From a virus: a DNA stretch of 64,000 nucleotides. Made by a program: the position numbers and the translations under genes. Location of the stretch: IMG/VR virus record IMGVR_UViG_3300045988_182490, one strand, 5' to 3'. Below are positions 7,622-16,925 of the stretch, in pieces (the first letter of the stretch is position 1; each line of letters starts with the position of its first letter). Under the pieces are notes generated by a model. It searched no databases, was not told where the DNA came from, and saw nothing but the letters and a program-made list of their open reading frames with translations.

Positions 7622-7713
7622 TGCCGTGGTGGCTCAAATGGTAAAGCAGCGGATTGCTAATCCGCCATCTCGGAGTAAAATCCGGTTTCAGGGTTCGAGT
7701 CCCTGTCACGGCG
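7622..7713 (+). tRNA. tRNA-Ser (GCU)
   Basis: stem GCGGA/TCCGC, loop TTGCTAA, long variable arm, CAGGGTTCGAGTCCCTG. Confidence 0.7.
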
Positions 7714-7718
7714 TTTAT

Positions 7719-7747
7719 AGAGAAGTCCAATAGGACTTCTTTTTTGT
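7719..7747 (+). terminator. intrinsic terminator closing the tRNA array
   Basis: AGAAGTCC-AATA-GGACTTCT hairpin followed by TTTTTTGT. Confidence 0.6.
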
Positions 7748-7800
7748 ATATCTAAAATCTGACATATTAAATGTATCAATAAAGAAAAAAGGAGATTAAT

Positions 7801-7983
7801 ATGGAAGAAAAAATTAGAAAATATCTTGATCAGATATATGAAGAATGTGAAACTCTTCCTGAAAAATTTGGAGATGCAATTGTCAAAGAATTAAAGGCCA
7901 GATTTGATGAGGATGGTTATGAAATCACAAAGAAAACAGTACTGGAAGAAATGCTTTGGTGTTATATGTGCAAAATACAGTAA
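7801..7983 (+). CDS. hypothetical small protein
   Basis: 60 aa; AAGGAG RBS. Confidence 0.45.
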   Translation: MEEKIRKYLDQIYEECETLPEKFGDAIVKELKARFDEDGYEITKKTVLEEMLWCYMCKIQ

Positions 7984-7995
7984 AAGGAGAAAAAC

Positions 7996-10059
7996 ATGAC
8001 ATTAAAAGAAAAATTGGATCTTTGGGTAAAAATAACGGGTGTAAATCCAAGTGAAAAGAATAAAAAATATACGATCTATATGGATGGCCGTTTATCTGAT
8101 TATGACATTCAAAAGATGAATGAGCGGATTATGAATTCGTTAAAATACGATGAAACCGGATTATTTGCAGATACTTATCTAAAAATCTATCTTAAGAAAT
8201 TCATGAACGGAAAGAATGTTTCCTTCATGGAATTAATGGAAAATCCTGATCTCCAAGAGTATTTAAAGGATGTCAGAACATTATATGATTCCGTAAATAA
8301 TAGTAATGCAGAAGAAACAGTGCTGAATAATATGAAAGCAGCCATGGACTTTTATGATCTTCCGTCAGATAAATTAACATCGGAAGATGTTATGAGTGTT
8401 GTGTCGTCTGCTAAAAACTGCATGAACGGAAAATTGAAGTTGGATCAAATAACAAAGGGCTCATTTGCTGATGATGAGTTTAAAGGATCTCTTGATATCT
8501 ATATGTACAAGAGTATTGGCGATGTTATCCGTTTTGCTGCAAAAGGAGACATCTCAGGTATTTCGATGTGCTACATTTGTGATGATAAGAATCTTGAACA
8601 GAGTTTTTTTGCTTTTATAATCAGAAATGGAGAAAATCTGTATATATTGTCTGACCGTCCTATTTATAAACATCCACTACAGGCTAAAATGTCCAGGTGT
8701 CCGGGGAGAGATATGAGTGAAAGAATAGAAGGTAATTATTTCCCTTATAATTCTATCTCCGGTATCGATGTTAGTGATTTATGGGGCAGCGGAAGATATG
8801 GTGTATCCAAAAATGATGACAATATGGCTCCTGCTGTAAATAACGACTGCGTAAGAACAAAAATCGGAACGTTTGCTTCTTTAAATCAGGATGAAGCATT
8901 CTGGGCTATCTATATGTTTTCTTTGATTAAAGATCGGTTTTATAAGGAACATATTGAATTAGAGGATCTTTCTTTCTGTGAAGCAAATATTATTTATGAC
9001 AGGCTGGAAGAAAATGAAAAGAATGAGATTGCATTAAGAACAACTATTCCATATATTGTAGTGAAACCTGTTGAAAATCCAAAGAATATTGAAATGGAAT
9101 ACGGTAGAAAATCGGAACACCTGTATGATTATCTCATTGATAGATATGTTAATAAAGTAGACACAAATGTTTTTAATCTTATCAAACAAAGAGATAAGAC
9201 GTTACCTATGCTTACCGATAATAAATCAACTTGCTTCCGTCAGTATGAAACACTTGATTTAAGTTCGATGCGGACAGAAAAAGAACTCATTTATGATCAG
9301 CAATGGTTAGCAAGATATAACATGGCCGTATCCATAGGCGGTATGTTGAATTCTGATTTCGATAAAAATAAAAACCGAGTTATATCTGAAATGCTATCTA
9401 TGATTAGAAATTCGGCTGGGTATATTGTTAATCTCATTTTAACCAAAAAGTTTGATGGAAAAATCGATTCTTTTGAATATGCAGCCAAAAATATATCATA
9501 CAGAGATATTACTTTAGGTAAGGAATACGATGACGATTATAAGAGCAAATATCGTTGTTTCTTTACAGGGAAAAATCCAGCCGTCATCATTTCCTTTAAC
9601 GTTAAAACAGCCGAGGAACTTGCAACTCTGTGTGGAGTCGATATTAAAAGCATCCCGATAGAGCTGCAACATTATCACAAGAATAAACGTTGTTGCGGAA
9701 ATAGCATTCTTGATAACCTCGATCCATTGGATTGGGCTTTATCTGATCCATATGATGATCTTTCATTCTATTTTCATATAATTTTAAGTGGTAATGAAAT
9801 GTTAAGGCGCCAGGCAATAGCGGGTGTACAGCAGAATGCTTTTTGGAAGGAACAGATACCGTTATGTTATTTTGAAAAATATAGTTTTGATAAAGATCGT
9901 AGCTATATGAATAAAAAGGAGGCTAATTTAGAAAAAGAAAAATATTATAATACATGTCTTGGAATATTCAGAGGCTATGACGAAAACTATAAAGATAAAC
10001 TGCTAAAGAAATGCGAAAAATGTAAATATCACAGAGTCTCTAAAAATATGGAAGCATAA
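7996..10059 (+). CDS. large hypothetical protein
   Basis: 687 aa; AAGGAG RBS; no motif recognised. Confidence 0.6.
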   Translation: MTLKEKLDLWVKITGVNPSEKNKKYTIYMDGRLSDYDIQKMNERIMNSLKYDETGLFADTYLKIYLKKFMNGKNVSFMELMENPDLQEYLKDVRTLYDSVNNSNAEETVLNNMKAAMDFYDLPSDKLTSEDVMSVVSSAKNCMNGKLKLDQITKGSFADDEFKGSLDIYMYKSIGDVIRFAAKGDISGISMCYICDDKNLEQSFFAFIIRNGENLYILSDRPIYKHPLQAKMSRCPGRDMSERIEGNYFPYNSISGIDVSDLWGSGRYGVSKNDDNMAPAVNNDCVRTKIGTFASLNQDEAFWAIYMFSLIKDRFYKEHIELEDLSFCEANIIYDRLEENEKNEIALRTTIPYIVVKPVENPKNIEMEYGRKSEHLYDYLIDRYVNKVDTNVFNLIKQRDKTLPMLTDNKSTCFRQYETLDLSSMRTEKELIYDQQWLARYNMAVSIGGMLNSDFDKNKNRVISEMLSMIRNSAGYIVNLILTKKFDGKIDSFEYAAKNISYRDITLGKEYDDDYKSKYRCFFTGKNPAVIISFNVKTAEELATLCGVDIKSIPIELQHYHKNKRCCGNSILDNLDPLDWALSDPYDDLSFYFHIILSGNEMLRRQAIAGVQQNAFWKEQIPLCYFEKYSFDKDRSYMNKKEANLEKEKYYNTCLGIFRGYDENYKDKLLKKCEKCKYHRVSKNMEA

Positions 10060-10063
10060 AAAG

Positions 10064-10095
10064 AAAAGTCCCGTGAGAGGGACTTTTCTTTTTTC
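10064..10095 (+). terminator. intrinsic terminator
   Basis: AAAAGTCCCGTGAGAGGGACTTTT hairpin plus T-run, immediately followed by promoter box. Confidence 0.6.
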
Positions 10096-10098
10096 TTT

Positions 10099-10111
10099 TC
10101 TGTCATATTAA
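10099..10111 (+). promoter_or_regulatory. conserved promoter-like box TCTGTCATATTAA (representative instance)
   Basis: one of about 28 copies placed directly after a terminator and 25-40 nt before an RBS. Confidence 0.5.
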
Positions 10112-10140
10112 GATAAATTAATGATAGAAGGAGGAAACAT

Positions 10141-11547
10141 ATGGCTCTTTTAGATTTTCTTATGCGAAAAAGTAAAGAATCCATCTCTTTAGATGAAGCT
10201 GCGCAGATTCTAAAGACAGATCCGGAATTACTCCGGAAATTTGATGAAAAATATCAGGAATGTATCCTGTCTGAAACGGATTCTGATAATCTTTTTACTA
10301 TAAATGCTAAACAAGTAGCAGAAGAAAAAGAGGGAATCGAAGCAAGAAACTGCAATCAGAATATTATTGATAAAATCGTAGAGGAACTTATTTCTCAAAC
10401 ATCAGTGTGGAAATACGATGGTCGAAGTGTAAGCGGATCATTGAATACTGCGCTCCTTCCGGAAACAGCTCCTATAGTAACAAAAAATGATATTATGACT
10501 GTACCTGAGAGTATACGTCCTCAATTCACTGGATTTCTGATGCAGCGTGATATCAAAGAAAGTAGTTATAAAACGCTCTTATTTATGTTTGAACATTATG
10601 AAAAAGCAAAAGTATCTGGAAATATCAATCAAATGAGAGAATCTTATGGAATGTTCCGGCAGGGATTGGATATCTTGGATGTGGATGACGTTATGTATGA
10701 TATGATTGGACGTAATCGGAATTCAATGGGATATTGGCTGCCGAAAATTGTTGGACCAGTTACGGAACAGGGCTTCTTTAAGATCCCATCCACTACAATC
10801 ATTAAGATTCCACTCACAATGCTACAATTAACAAGGCAGGATTATATGTCTTTTAACAGAACAACATTGGATATTGTTGATCGATATTGCCAGAAAGTAT
10901 TTGGATTGAACGAAAATAAAGAATATTTCATTAAGACTGGAACCTATTCTTCAAAGTATGATTTTCGGAACGCTCATGTCCATGGTGTAAAAGAAGTCTG
11001 GGAATTAGGAGAGTATCTGCTTTTTATTCATTGGCAGGCTTTGCAGATGGCATCACCATTGACAAAACCACATCCCATTTATGGAGTTTCAACAACAAAT
11101 GAATGGGTGGTCCGTGATTTTATTCCAGATAAAGAAAATAATCCAACCATCTATAAAGGCATGCCGTTGCATACGGAGTACCGTGTGTTTGTGGATTTTG
11201 ACACTAAGCAAATTCTTGGAATTCATCCTTATTGGGATTCCGTAGTTATGAAAAAAAGATTTGCTGAAGACCACAGTTTACATGATCGACACGACTATGT
11301 AATCTATTCTATGCATGAGCAGGAATTATATAGACGATATGAGATAAATAAACAGACAGTTTTGGATAATATAAGTTCTTGGTTAGCAGAAGTGGAACTC
11401 ACGGGTCAATGGTCCATTGATATTATGCAAAATGGTGATGATTTCTGGTTAATCGACATGGCGGTTGCATCTGAATCAGCTTTTTATAAAGAAACAGTTG
11501 CACCAGAACTGTGGAAAAAATCGGAAGAAAATTGGCTTCCGGAATAA
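10141..11547 (+). CDS. hypothetical protein, possible C-terminal ATP-grasp-like fold
   Basis: 468 aa; C-terminal WSIDIMQNGDDFWLIDMA resembles ATP-grasp strand-loop motif (weak). Confidence 0.5.
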   Translation: MALLDFLMRKSKESISLDEAAQILKTDPELLRKFDEKYQECILSETDSDNLFTINAKQVAEEKEGIEARNCNQNIIDKIVEELISQTSVWKYDGRSVSGSLNTALLPETAPIVTKNDIMTVPESIRPQFTGFLMQRDIKESSYKTLLFMFEHYEKAKVSGNINQMRESYGMFRQGLDILDVDDVMYDMIGRNRNSMGYWLPKIVGPVTEQGFFKIPSTTIIKIPLTMLQLTRQDYMSFNRTTLDIVDRYCQKVFGLNENKEYFIKTGTYSSKYDFRNAHVHGVKEVWELGEYLLFIHWQALQMASPLTKPHPIYGVSTTNEWVVRDFIPDKENNPTIYKGMPLHTEYRVFVDFDTKQILGIHPYWDSVVMKKRFAEDHSLHDRHDYVIYSMHEQELYRRYEINKQTVLDNISSWLAEVELTGQWSIDIMQNGDDFWLIDMAVASESAFYKETVAPELWKKSEENWLPE

Positions 11548-11573
11548 AATAAAAGAATGAGAGGTATTAAAAT

Positions 11574-12410
11574 ATGAGTTATTATTATAAGGATTCGGGA
11601 TACGGAGGATGTGATTTTTTAATTACAACAGCCAAAGGACAGAAAGAAGGTGGATTGCCGAAAGGAATTATTATTCCTGGAGGATTACAATTCAGTGATA
11701 AGAATTTTAATATGTGGGTACAGGAGCAGAAAGATTTTTATATTTATCCGGTCAAACATTCCGACACAGATCAGCGAGAAATAACCCACATTGCAAAAAC
11801 AGGTTTTGTAAATCGTTTTGGATATTTTATTACAAAAGAAAATCTGTTCGCAAATGCAAATACCAATTATATTGATATAATTGATAGGTGTTGGTTTACA
11901 AGAAAGAATGCTAGAAGTTATGTGGAAGCTTTAAAATCTGTTTTTCCGGAACAAAAATGGAATAATTCATGTGTCGCTGCAAATGAAAATATAATAGACT
12001 ATGCAAACAGAATGGCCAGAAACCATTACAGAAGATGTACTTACGATCATGCAGTCAGGGTTGCAGATTATGTTAGGCAAAATGAATTAATTCCAAATGA
12101 TTTGCAGGAAAAATGCCAGGCAGTAGCTTATATGCATGATCTTTTAGAGGATACTGATTACGAAATTCCAAATGTAGTCAGACAAGAATACCCTGATATA
12201 GATGAGGCATTGGAATTATTAACAAAACCTTCTGGTATGTCGTATGACGAATATTGTAACCAAATCAATGTGTATGCCAGCACGAGTGTTGGAGGCCAGA
12301 TAGCGTATTGGGTTAAGCTTGCAGATATGAAAGATCACCTAAGTCAAAAAGAAACGCTGACCGAACACTTGAAAGAAAAATATCTTTCCGGACTGGCAAA
12401 ATTATTGTAA
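11574..12410 (+). CDS. protein with C-terminal Rel/SpoT-type HD hydrolase domain (small alarmone hydrolase-like)
   Basis: 278 aa; HAVRVADYV ... AYMHDLLEDTD ... KLADMKDHL matches RelA/SpoT HD motifs (HPLAVA ... LLHDVIEDT ... KLADRLHNM). Confidence 0.6.
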   Translation: MSYYYKDSGYGGCDFLITTAKGQKEGGLPKGIIIPGGLQFSDKNFNMWVQEQKDFYIYPVKHSDTDQREITHIAKTGFVNRFGYFITKENLFANANTNYIDIIDRCWFTRKNARSYVEALKSVFPEQKWNNSCVAANENIIDYANRMARNHYRRCTYDHAVRVADYVRQNELIPNDLQEKCQAVAYMHDLLEDTDYEIPNVVRQEYPDIDEALELLTKPSGMSYDEYCNQINVYASTSVGGQIAYWVKLADMKDHLSQKETLTEHLKEKYLSGLAKLL

Positions 12411-12518
12411 AAATTTAGGCAGCTATACTAAAAACAAAGGATCTCTTTTGAGGTCCTTTATTTTTTAAGCAGTTATTCTGTCATATTAATATCAAATTAG
12501 ACAATTGGAGGAAAAGAT

Positions 12519-12689
12519 ATGAAATATTTGGTTTACTTTAATGCAGATGAACAGCCCGGAAGAGCAATTGTAACATTACAAAATGTGGATGCTTTCACAG
12601 AAAAAGGTGTCTATTTTATTGAAGAACAGATTAAAAAGAAACAGCATTGTGAAAGTGTGATTCTGCTTAATATGATTCCACTGAGGGGG
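12519..12689 (+). CDS. hypothetical small protein
   Basis: 57 aa; GGAGG RBS, promoter box upstream. Confidence 0.4.
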
Positions 12690-12746
12690 TAAATGGTATG
12701 AGTATAATAGAAATTATTTGGATAATATTAATTATATTGGTATTCA

Positions 12747-13589
12747 TTGGCGTTTTTTTTTGCGTTATTTCTGGATAAGGACGCTTTATGTATGAGTATT
12801 TTGTGCTTTGCCACAGTAGGAGCAATCATTATGATACCTATCTCTATAATTGCAGATACGGAAGACAAAGCACAAAATGATTCGGTTACGGTTTGTGAAG
12901 AAGTGGTATCAGAATCAATAGAAAAAGAGCCTGCAGAAACAGTGGTCGATGAAACAGAGGATACTATTACTGAAGAAGATTCAGAGACAGAGGAAAGATT
13001 TGTGATTGTAGCAATTGTGTGTCTTTTTGTGATTTTCGTATTAGAACCGATTATCTTAATAGTAGAATCAGGTTTCTTTGAAGATGTGACATACGATATA
13101 AAAGAATCTGTTAGAAAGTTCAAAGAAAAGAAACAATTAAAAACAGAAACCAAAACAGAACAGAAAGAAAAAACCTCTTCGGATACTTCAAAAGAAGTTT
13201 TTACGAATACCGAAAAAATGTTAAAAAATATGGCATCTTCGGATTCCAAAGTAAAGTATATCCTTTGGGCGGTCAACTATTTAGATCAGAATGGAAAAGC
13301 GGATAATACCAGAAAACTTAAAAATTATTATATTCCGGAAATTCTGAAAGCTTATGAGCAATTTAAAAAGATAAAGGACTATGGCATGGACGAGATGACT
13401 ACAGAAGCGAAAAAGCATTATAAGAAGATTATCTCATTAGCTTATAGTGTCGCCAAAGCAGAAGTAAAGAAAGCAGCTTCAGAAATTCTGATGGATATGG
13501 ATTGCAACGCAGATGTATGTGAGGATATTTATAAGAAAGATGGATATTCCTCTATGCAGGAAGAATTTGAAAAAAACAATCAAAATTAA
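12747..13589 (+). CDS. membrane/acidic protein; N-terminus interrupted by T9 homopolymer frameshift (upstream piece 12698-12794)
   Basis: 280 aa from TTG; upstream 31-codon hydrophobic ORF would fuse in frame with +/-1 T at 12753-12761. Confidence 0.45.
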   Translation: MAFFFALFLDKDALCMSILCFATVGAIIMIPISIIADTEDKAQNDSVTVCEEVVSESIEKEPAETVVDETEDTITEEDSETEERFVIVAIVCLFVIFVLEPIILIVESGFFEDVTYDIKESVRKFKEKKQLKTETKTEQKEKTSSDTSKEVFTNTEKMLKNMASSDSKVKYILWAVNYLDQNGKADNTRKLKNYYIPEILKAYEQFKKIKDYGMDEMTTEAKKHYKKIISLAYSVAKAEVKKAASEILMDMDCNADVCEDIYKKDGYSSMQEEFEKNNQN

Positions 13590-13605
13590 AATAGGAGAAA
13601 ATAAA

Positions 13606-13758
13606 ATGGAATTATTTTATTCTTTAATTGGTTTAGGAGTTGTATTTTCTGAATTTTTACTCGGTGATTCTATTGATTGGTGGTTTTTAATTCTTACGTT
13701 TTGTTGCTCTATTTTGTATCACATAATATCCAATTGTATTTACACTAAAGGATTATAA
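13606..13758 (+). CDS. small membrane protein
   Basis: 50 aa, two hydrophobic segments, AGGAG RBS. Confidence 0.45.
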   Translation: MELFYSLIGLGVVFSEFLLGDSIDWWFLILTFCCSILYHIISNCIYTKGL

Positions 13759-13864
13759 CACTTTTAGGCAGATGCTATCTATCGTCTGGCGAATATGTAT
13801 ACGGATCCGGATAATCTGGAAGAATTAAGAAAAATGATCAATAATACTTAAGGAGGAAAATAAT

Positions 13865-14170
13865 ATGTTAATATCTGGTGTTGTAAGAAGATTTGATGAT
13901 CTGGGACGTATTGTGATTCCTAAAGAAATCAGAGCAAAGCTTTTTGGCACAAAAGGAAATATGCCATTGAGTGAAAATGAACCGATGGAAATTTTCTTAA
14001 ATGGCGAGGATATAATTCTTCGCCGATATAAAGGAGAGGAACTGTGCGAATGGAAGAAGAATCTGCTATATCCAGGAAAGATCAATAATCCGCATGTAGA
14101 TGAAAGCATGAACATTGCTACCACAAAATATTGTCCTTGCTGTGGAAAAGAGATTAAAATCGTAGATTAG
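13865..14170 (+). CDS. AbrB/MazE/SpoVT family DNA-binding protein with C-terminal zinc ribbon
   Basis: 101 aa; VVRRFDDLGRIVIPKEIR swapped-hairpin motif; CPCCGKE at C-terminus. Confidence 0.75.
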   Translation: MLISGVVRRFDDLGRIVIPKEIRAKLFGTKGNMPLSENEPMEIFLNGEDIILRRYKGEELCEWKKNLLYPGKINNPHVDESMNIATTKYCPCCGKEIKIVD

Positions 14171-14341
14171 CTAGACTTTCCATAATTAAAAAACAGTAGA
14201 GTATTGTACAAACCAATATCATTTTCAAAACACAATACAAAAAGGGACAGAACGATGACTTTTTAAAGCCTTCCGAAATGTTTTTTCGGGAGGTTTTTTT
14301 CTTTCATACTAATAGTATTAAAAGAAAATAGGAGGAATTGT

Positions 14342-14545
14342 ATGAGAAACATTAAAAATATCACATCAAATCAGTTACGAATTACTCCTGAGCAGAGAGA
14401 AGTTCTCGAATCAGGAGAAAGCATACTGTATACATGTGAAAACTACTTAGGAAATTTTAAAGAAAAAGAAGTTTTAAAATATGACGGGAAATACTATCGT
14501 GTACAAGCAAGCAATAAAATTTTAACGGAATATACGGAGGTATAA
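14342..14545 (+). CDS. hypothetical small protein
   Basis: 67 aa; AGGAGG RBS. Confidence 0.45.
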   Translation: MRNIKNITSNQLRITPEQREVLESGESILYTCENYLGNFKEKEVLKYDGKYYRVQASNKILTEYTEV

Positions 14546-14591
14546 AAAATGGAGCCTGCTATAGCATAAAATTAGCAGCAAAATTAAAGGA

Positions 14592-15407
14592 ATGGTACTG
14601 GAGACTGGAACTTTCAATCCACACCTGATGAAGGATCCTATGTTAGCATATCGGCCCTGGGGTTATCAGAAAGGACCGAATTATGGTTTCAGCAATACAA
14701 AGGCCATGGTCCTGAACAGAGACAACTATACCTGCCAGCATTGCAAAGGCAAGCATAAGGATTCTCATCTGGAGGTACATCATATCGTATATCGGAGTCA
14801 GGGAGGCGGCGATGATCCGGAGAATCTGATCACGCTTTGTCATACCTGCCACACCGGAGTTCATAAAGGTATCATAAAACTTCGGATTTCAGGTAAGAAG
14901 AAGGGATTCCTGAAGTATGCGACCCAGATGAACAGCATCCGCTGCCAGCTTCTTAAAAGCTATCCGGATGCCACAGAGACTTTCGGCTATATCACAAAAG
15001 AGAACCGGCAGCTTCTCGGAGTACCAAAAGAGCATTATTATGATGCCTGTACGATTGCATCCGGTGGAAATCCATTTGTTGTAAATACTCTGTTGTACCG
15101 GAAGAAATGTATTCCGGCCGGTGATTTTCAGCAGACAAAAGGTGTCCGTTCGGAGCAGAAAATAACTACCGGCAAGATCCTTGGCTTTCGGAAGTTTGAT
15201 AAAGTAAGCTATCTGGGATCTGCATATTTCATCAAAGGCCGTATGTCATCAGGATACGTAATACTTATGGACCTGGATGGTAACAAAACAGATTTTTCAC
15301 AGATGCCGAAGGGCTACAAAACGCCTAAGCTTTCGAATCTGACCAGACGGGAGGCAAGATCCACATGGATGACTATACCCGTGGCGGTCACTCAAAATAC
15401 AGCCTGA
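14592..15407 (+). CDS. IscB-derived HNH nuclease, N-terminally truncated (HNH + RuvC-III + C-terminal domain only)
   Basis: 271 aa; CQHCKGKHKD ... VHHIVYRSQGGGDDPENLITLCHTCH and KEHYYDACTIASGGNP, GFRKFDKVSYLGSAYFIKG align with the C-terminal 60% of the IscB ORFs at 45362/58613. Confidence 0.6.
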   Translation: MVLETGTFNPHLMKDPMLAYRPWGYQKGPNYGFSNTKAMVLNRDNYTCQHCKGKHKDSHLEVHHIVYRSQGGGDDPENLITLCHTCHTGVHKGIIKLRISGKKKGFLKYATQMNSIRCQLLKSYPDATETFGYITKENRQLLGVPKEHYYDACTIASGGNPFVVNTLLYRKKCIPAGDFQQTKGVRSEQKITTGKILGFRKFDKVSYLGSAYFIKGRMSSGYVILMDLDGNKTDFSQMPKGYKTPKLSNLTRREARSTWMTIPVAVTQNTA

Positions 15408-15599
15408 AAGTGCATATGATTATTGTAACCAAAGCTACTATTGAAACATATATAAGGAATCAGGGCTAAGCCCTGCACCTTACATCCACACACCATAATG
15501 GAGTGTGGTTTTACGGCGAAGATTATAAAAACCTTCCGGAATTTTCCGGAAGGCTTTTCTTTCATATTAACTATATCAAGGAAAACAGGAGGAAAATAA

Positions 15600-16301
15600 A
15601 TGACATTCAATAATTCAAACGAATTAAAAGAATATTTAAAATGCCAGGAAGATTTGTATTGTCCTGCATTAGAACTTTTTGTTACAGTTTCGGCAAATTG
15701 GATCGTTTGTTCAATGAAATGTTCTTTACCGGAGGCTAAAGAATCTGTATATTTATCGTTAAAAAATAGGACATACAGTTTGCCTCATACAGCTTTTGTA
15801 AATACAGATCTATTTGAAATCAATGATTTTTGCGGAAAATATTTTAATAAGGAATGGATGAGTTGGCCAGATTTTTCGGATAGCGTATTAATCAATGACA
15901 CAAAAAACCGGAAGGATTATGATTTTTCAGAGGAAATACAATATTATCTGGAAAACCTTCGATCAAATTGGTTTCCAGAATTACACGAAAATATGGATCC
16001 GGTACGGGGAGCTGCCGTTCTTGAAATTGGCTATGTAGACATCGAATTAAATATTCATTCTATAGCTCAGATCACAGACAAAGATTATATGAAAGAAAAT
16101 TTTTCTCCTGTTTGCAGTTATTTTTGCTGTATTAAACATGGAGATAGTGATGACGACTGGGAATCTGACGACTATATCGATGAATCCGTAAACGTAGACT
16201 GGAATACTGAGAACTGGAAGGAACAATTGGAAAACGATATGATTGTAAAACTTCATAAATACGCAGCAAAGAAAGGATATAGTTTTGATAAAGCAAATTA
16301 A
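15600..16301 (+). CDS. hypothetical protein
   Basis: 233 aa; AGGAGG RBS. Confidence 0.55.
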   Translation: MTFNNSNELKEYLKCQEDLYCPALELFVTVSANWIVCSMKCSLPEAKESVYLSLKNRTYSLPHTAFVNTDLFEINDFCGKYFNKEWMSWPDFSDSVLINDTKNRKDYDFSEEIQYYLENLRSNWFPELHENMDPVRGAAVLEIGYVDIELNIHSIAQITDKDYMKENFSPVCSYFCCIKHGDSDDDWESDDYIDESVNVDWNTENWKEQLENDMIVKLHKYAAKKGYSFDKAN

Positions 16302-16376
16302 AATATTAAGCAATCAAATTATCTACGAAGCATGCTATTTAATAAAAAAGAGAGCAAAAGCTCTCTTTTTTTATTG

Positions 16377-16697
16377 CTATTCATAATCATCAATATTTTG
16401 TCTAGATGAATTATTTTCTTCAGGTCCTTTTTCTTCCTTTTTTTCCTGATGAGTAATGATATCCTGCAAAAGAATTTTTAGATCACTATATAAGGCATCT
16501 TTTTCTTCTTGTCTTGCTTGGAAAAGAATGATGCTTCGATGGTCCGTTTTTTCAAAAAACAAAACTACATCATCATTTCCTTCAAAATCCTTTAATTGCT
16601 CATAAAGTTCACTTGCAGAATTCTTATATGTTGGAATGTCTAATACTTGATAAATTTCCAATAAAACATCTTTTAGTTCATCACCATTAATATACAT
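16377..16697 (-). CDS. hypothetical acidic protein (minus strand)
   Basis: 106 aa; divergent from HTH regulator gene at 16926. Confidence 0.45.
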   Translation of the reverse strand: MYINGDELKDVLLEIYQVLDIPTYKNSASELYEQLKDFEGNDDVVLFFEKTDHRSIILFQARQEEKDALYSDLKILLQDIITHQEKKEEKGPEENNSSRQNIDDYE

Positions 16698-16925
16698 AAC
16701 ATTTATTCCTCCTTGTATTTCTATTATACTTTAATTACAAATATATACAAGCGTTTTTTCATAGATGGTTTTGCATAAAAGATGCGAAAAAGCAATTGAA
16801 TATTTAAGTATAGGATTCCAAAATTTTATCTTATTATGTTCAATAAAAATAAATAAAATGCGGCGCAGTTGCATAAAGCAGAACAATACTATAGAATCAA
16901 TATGTATAAAATGTGAGGTGACAAT

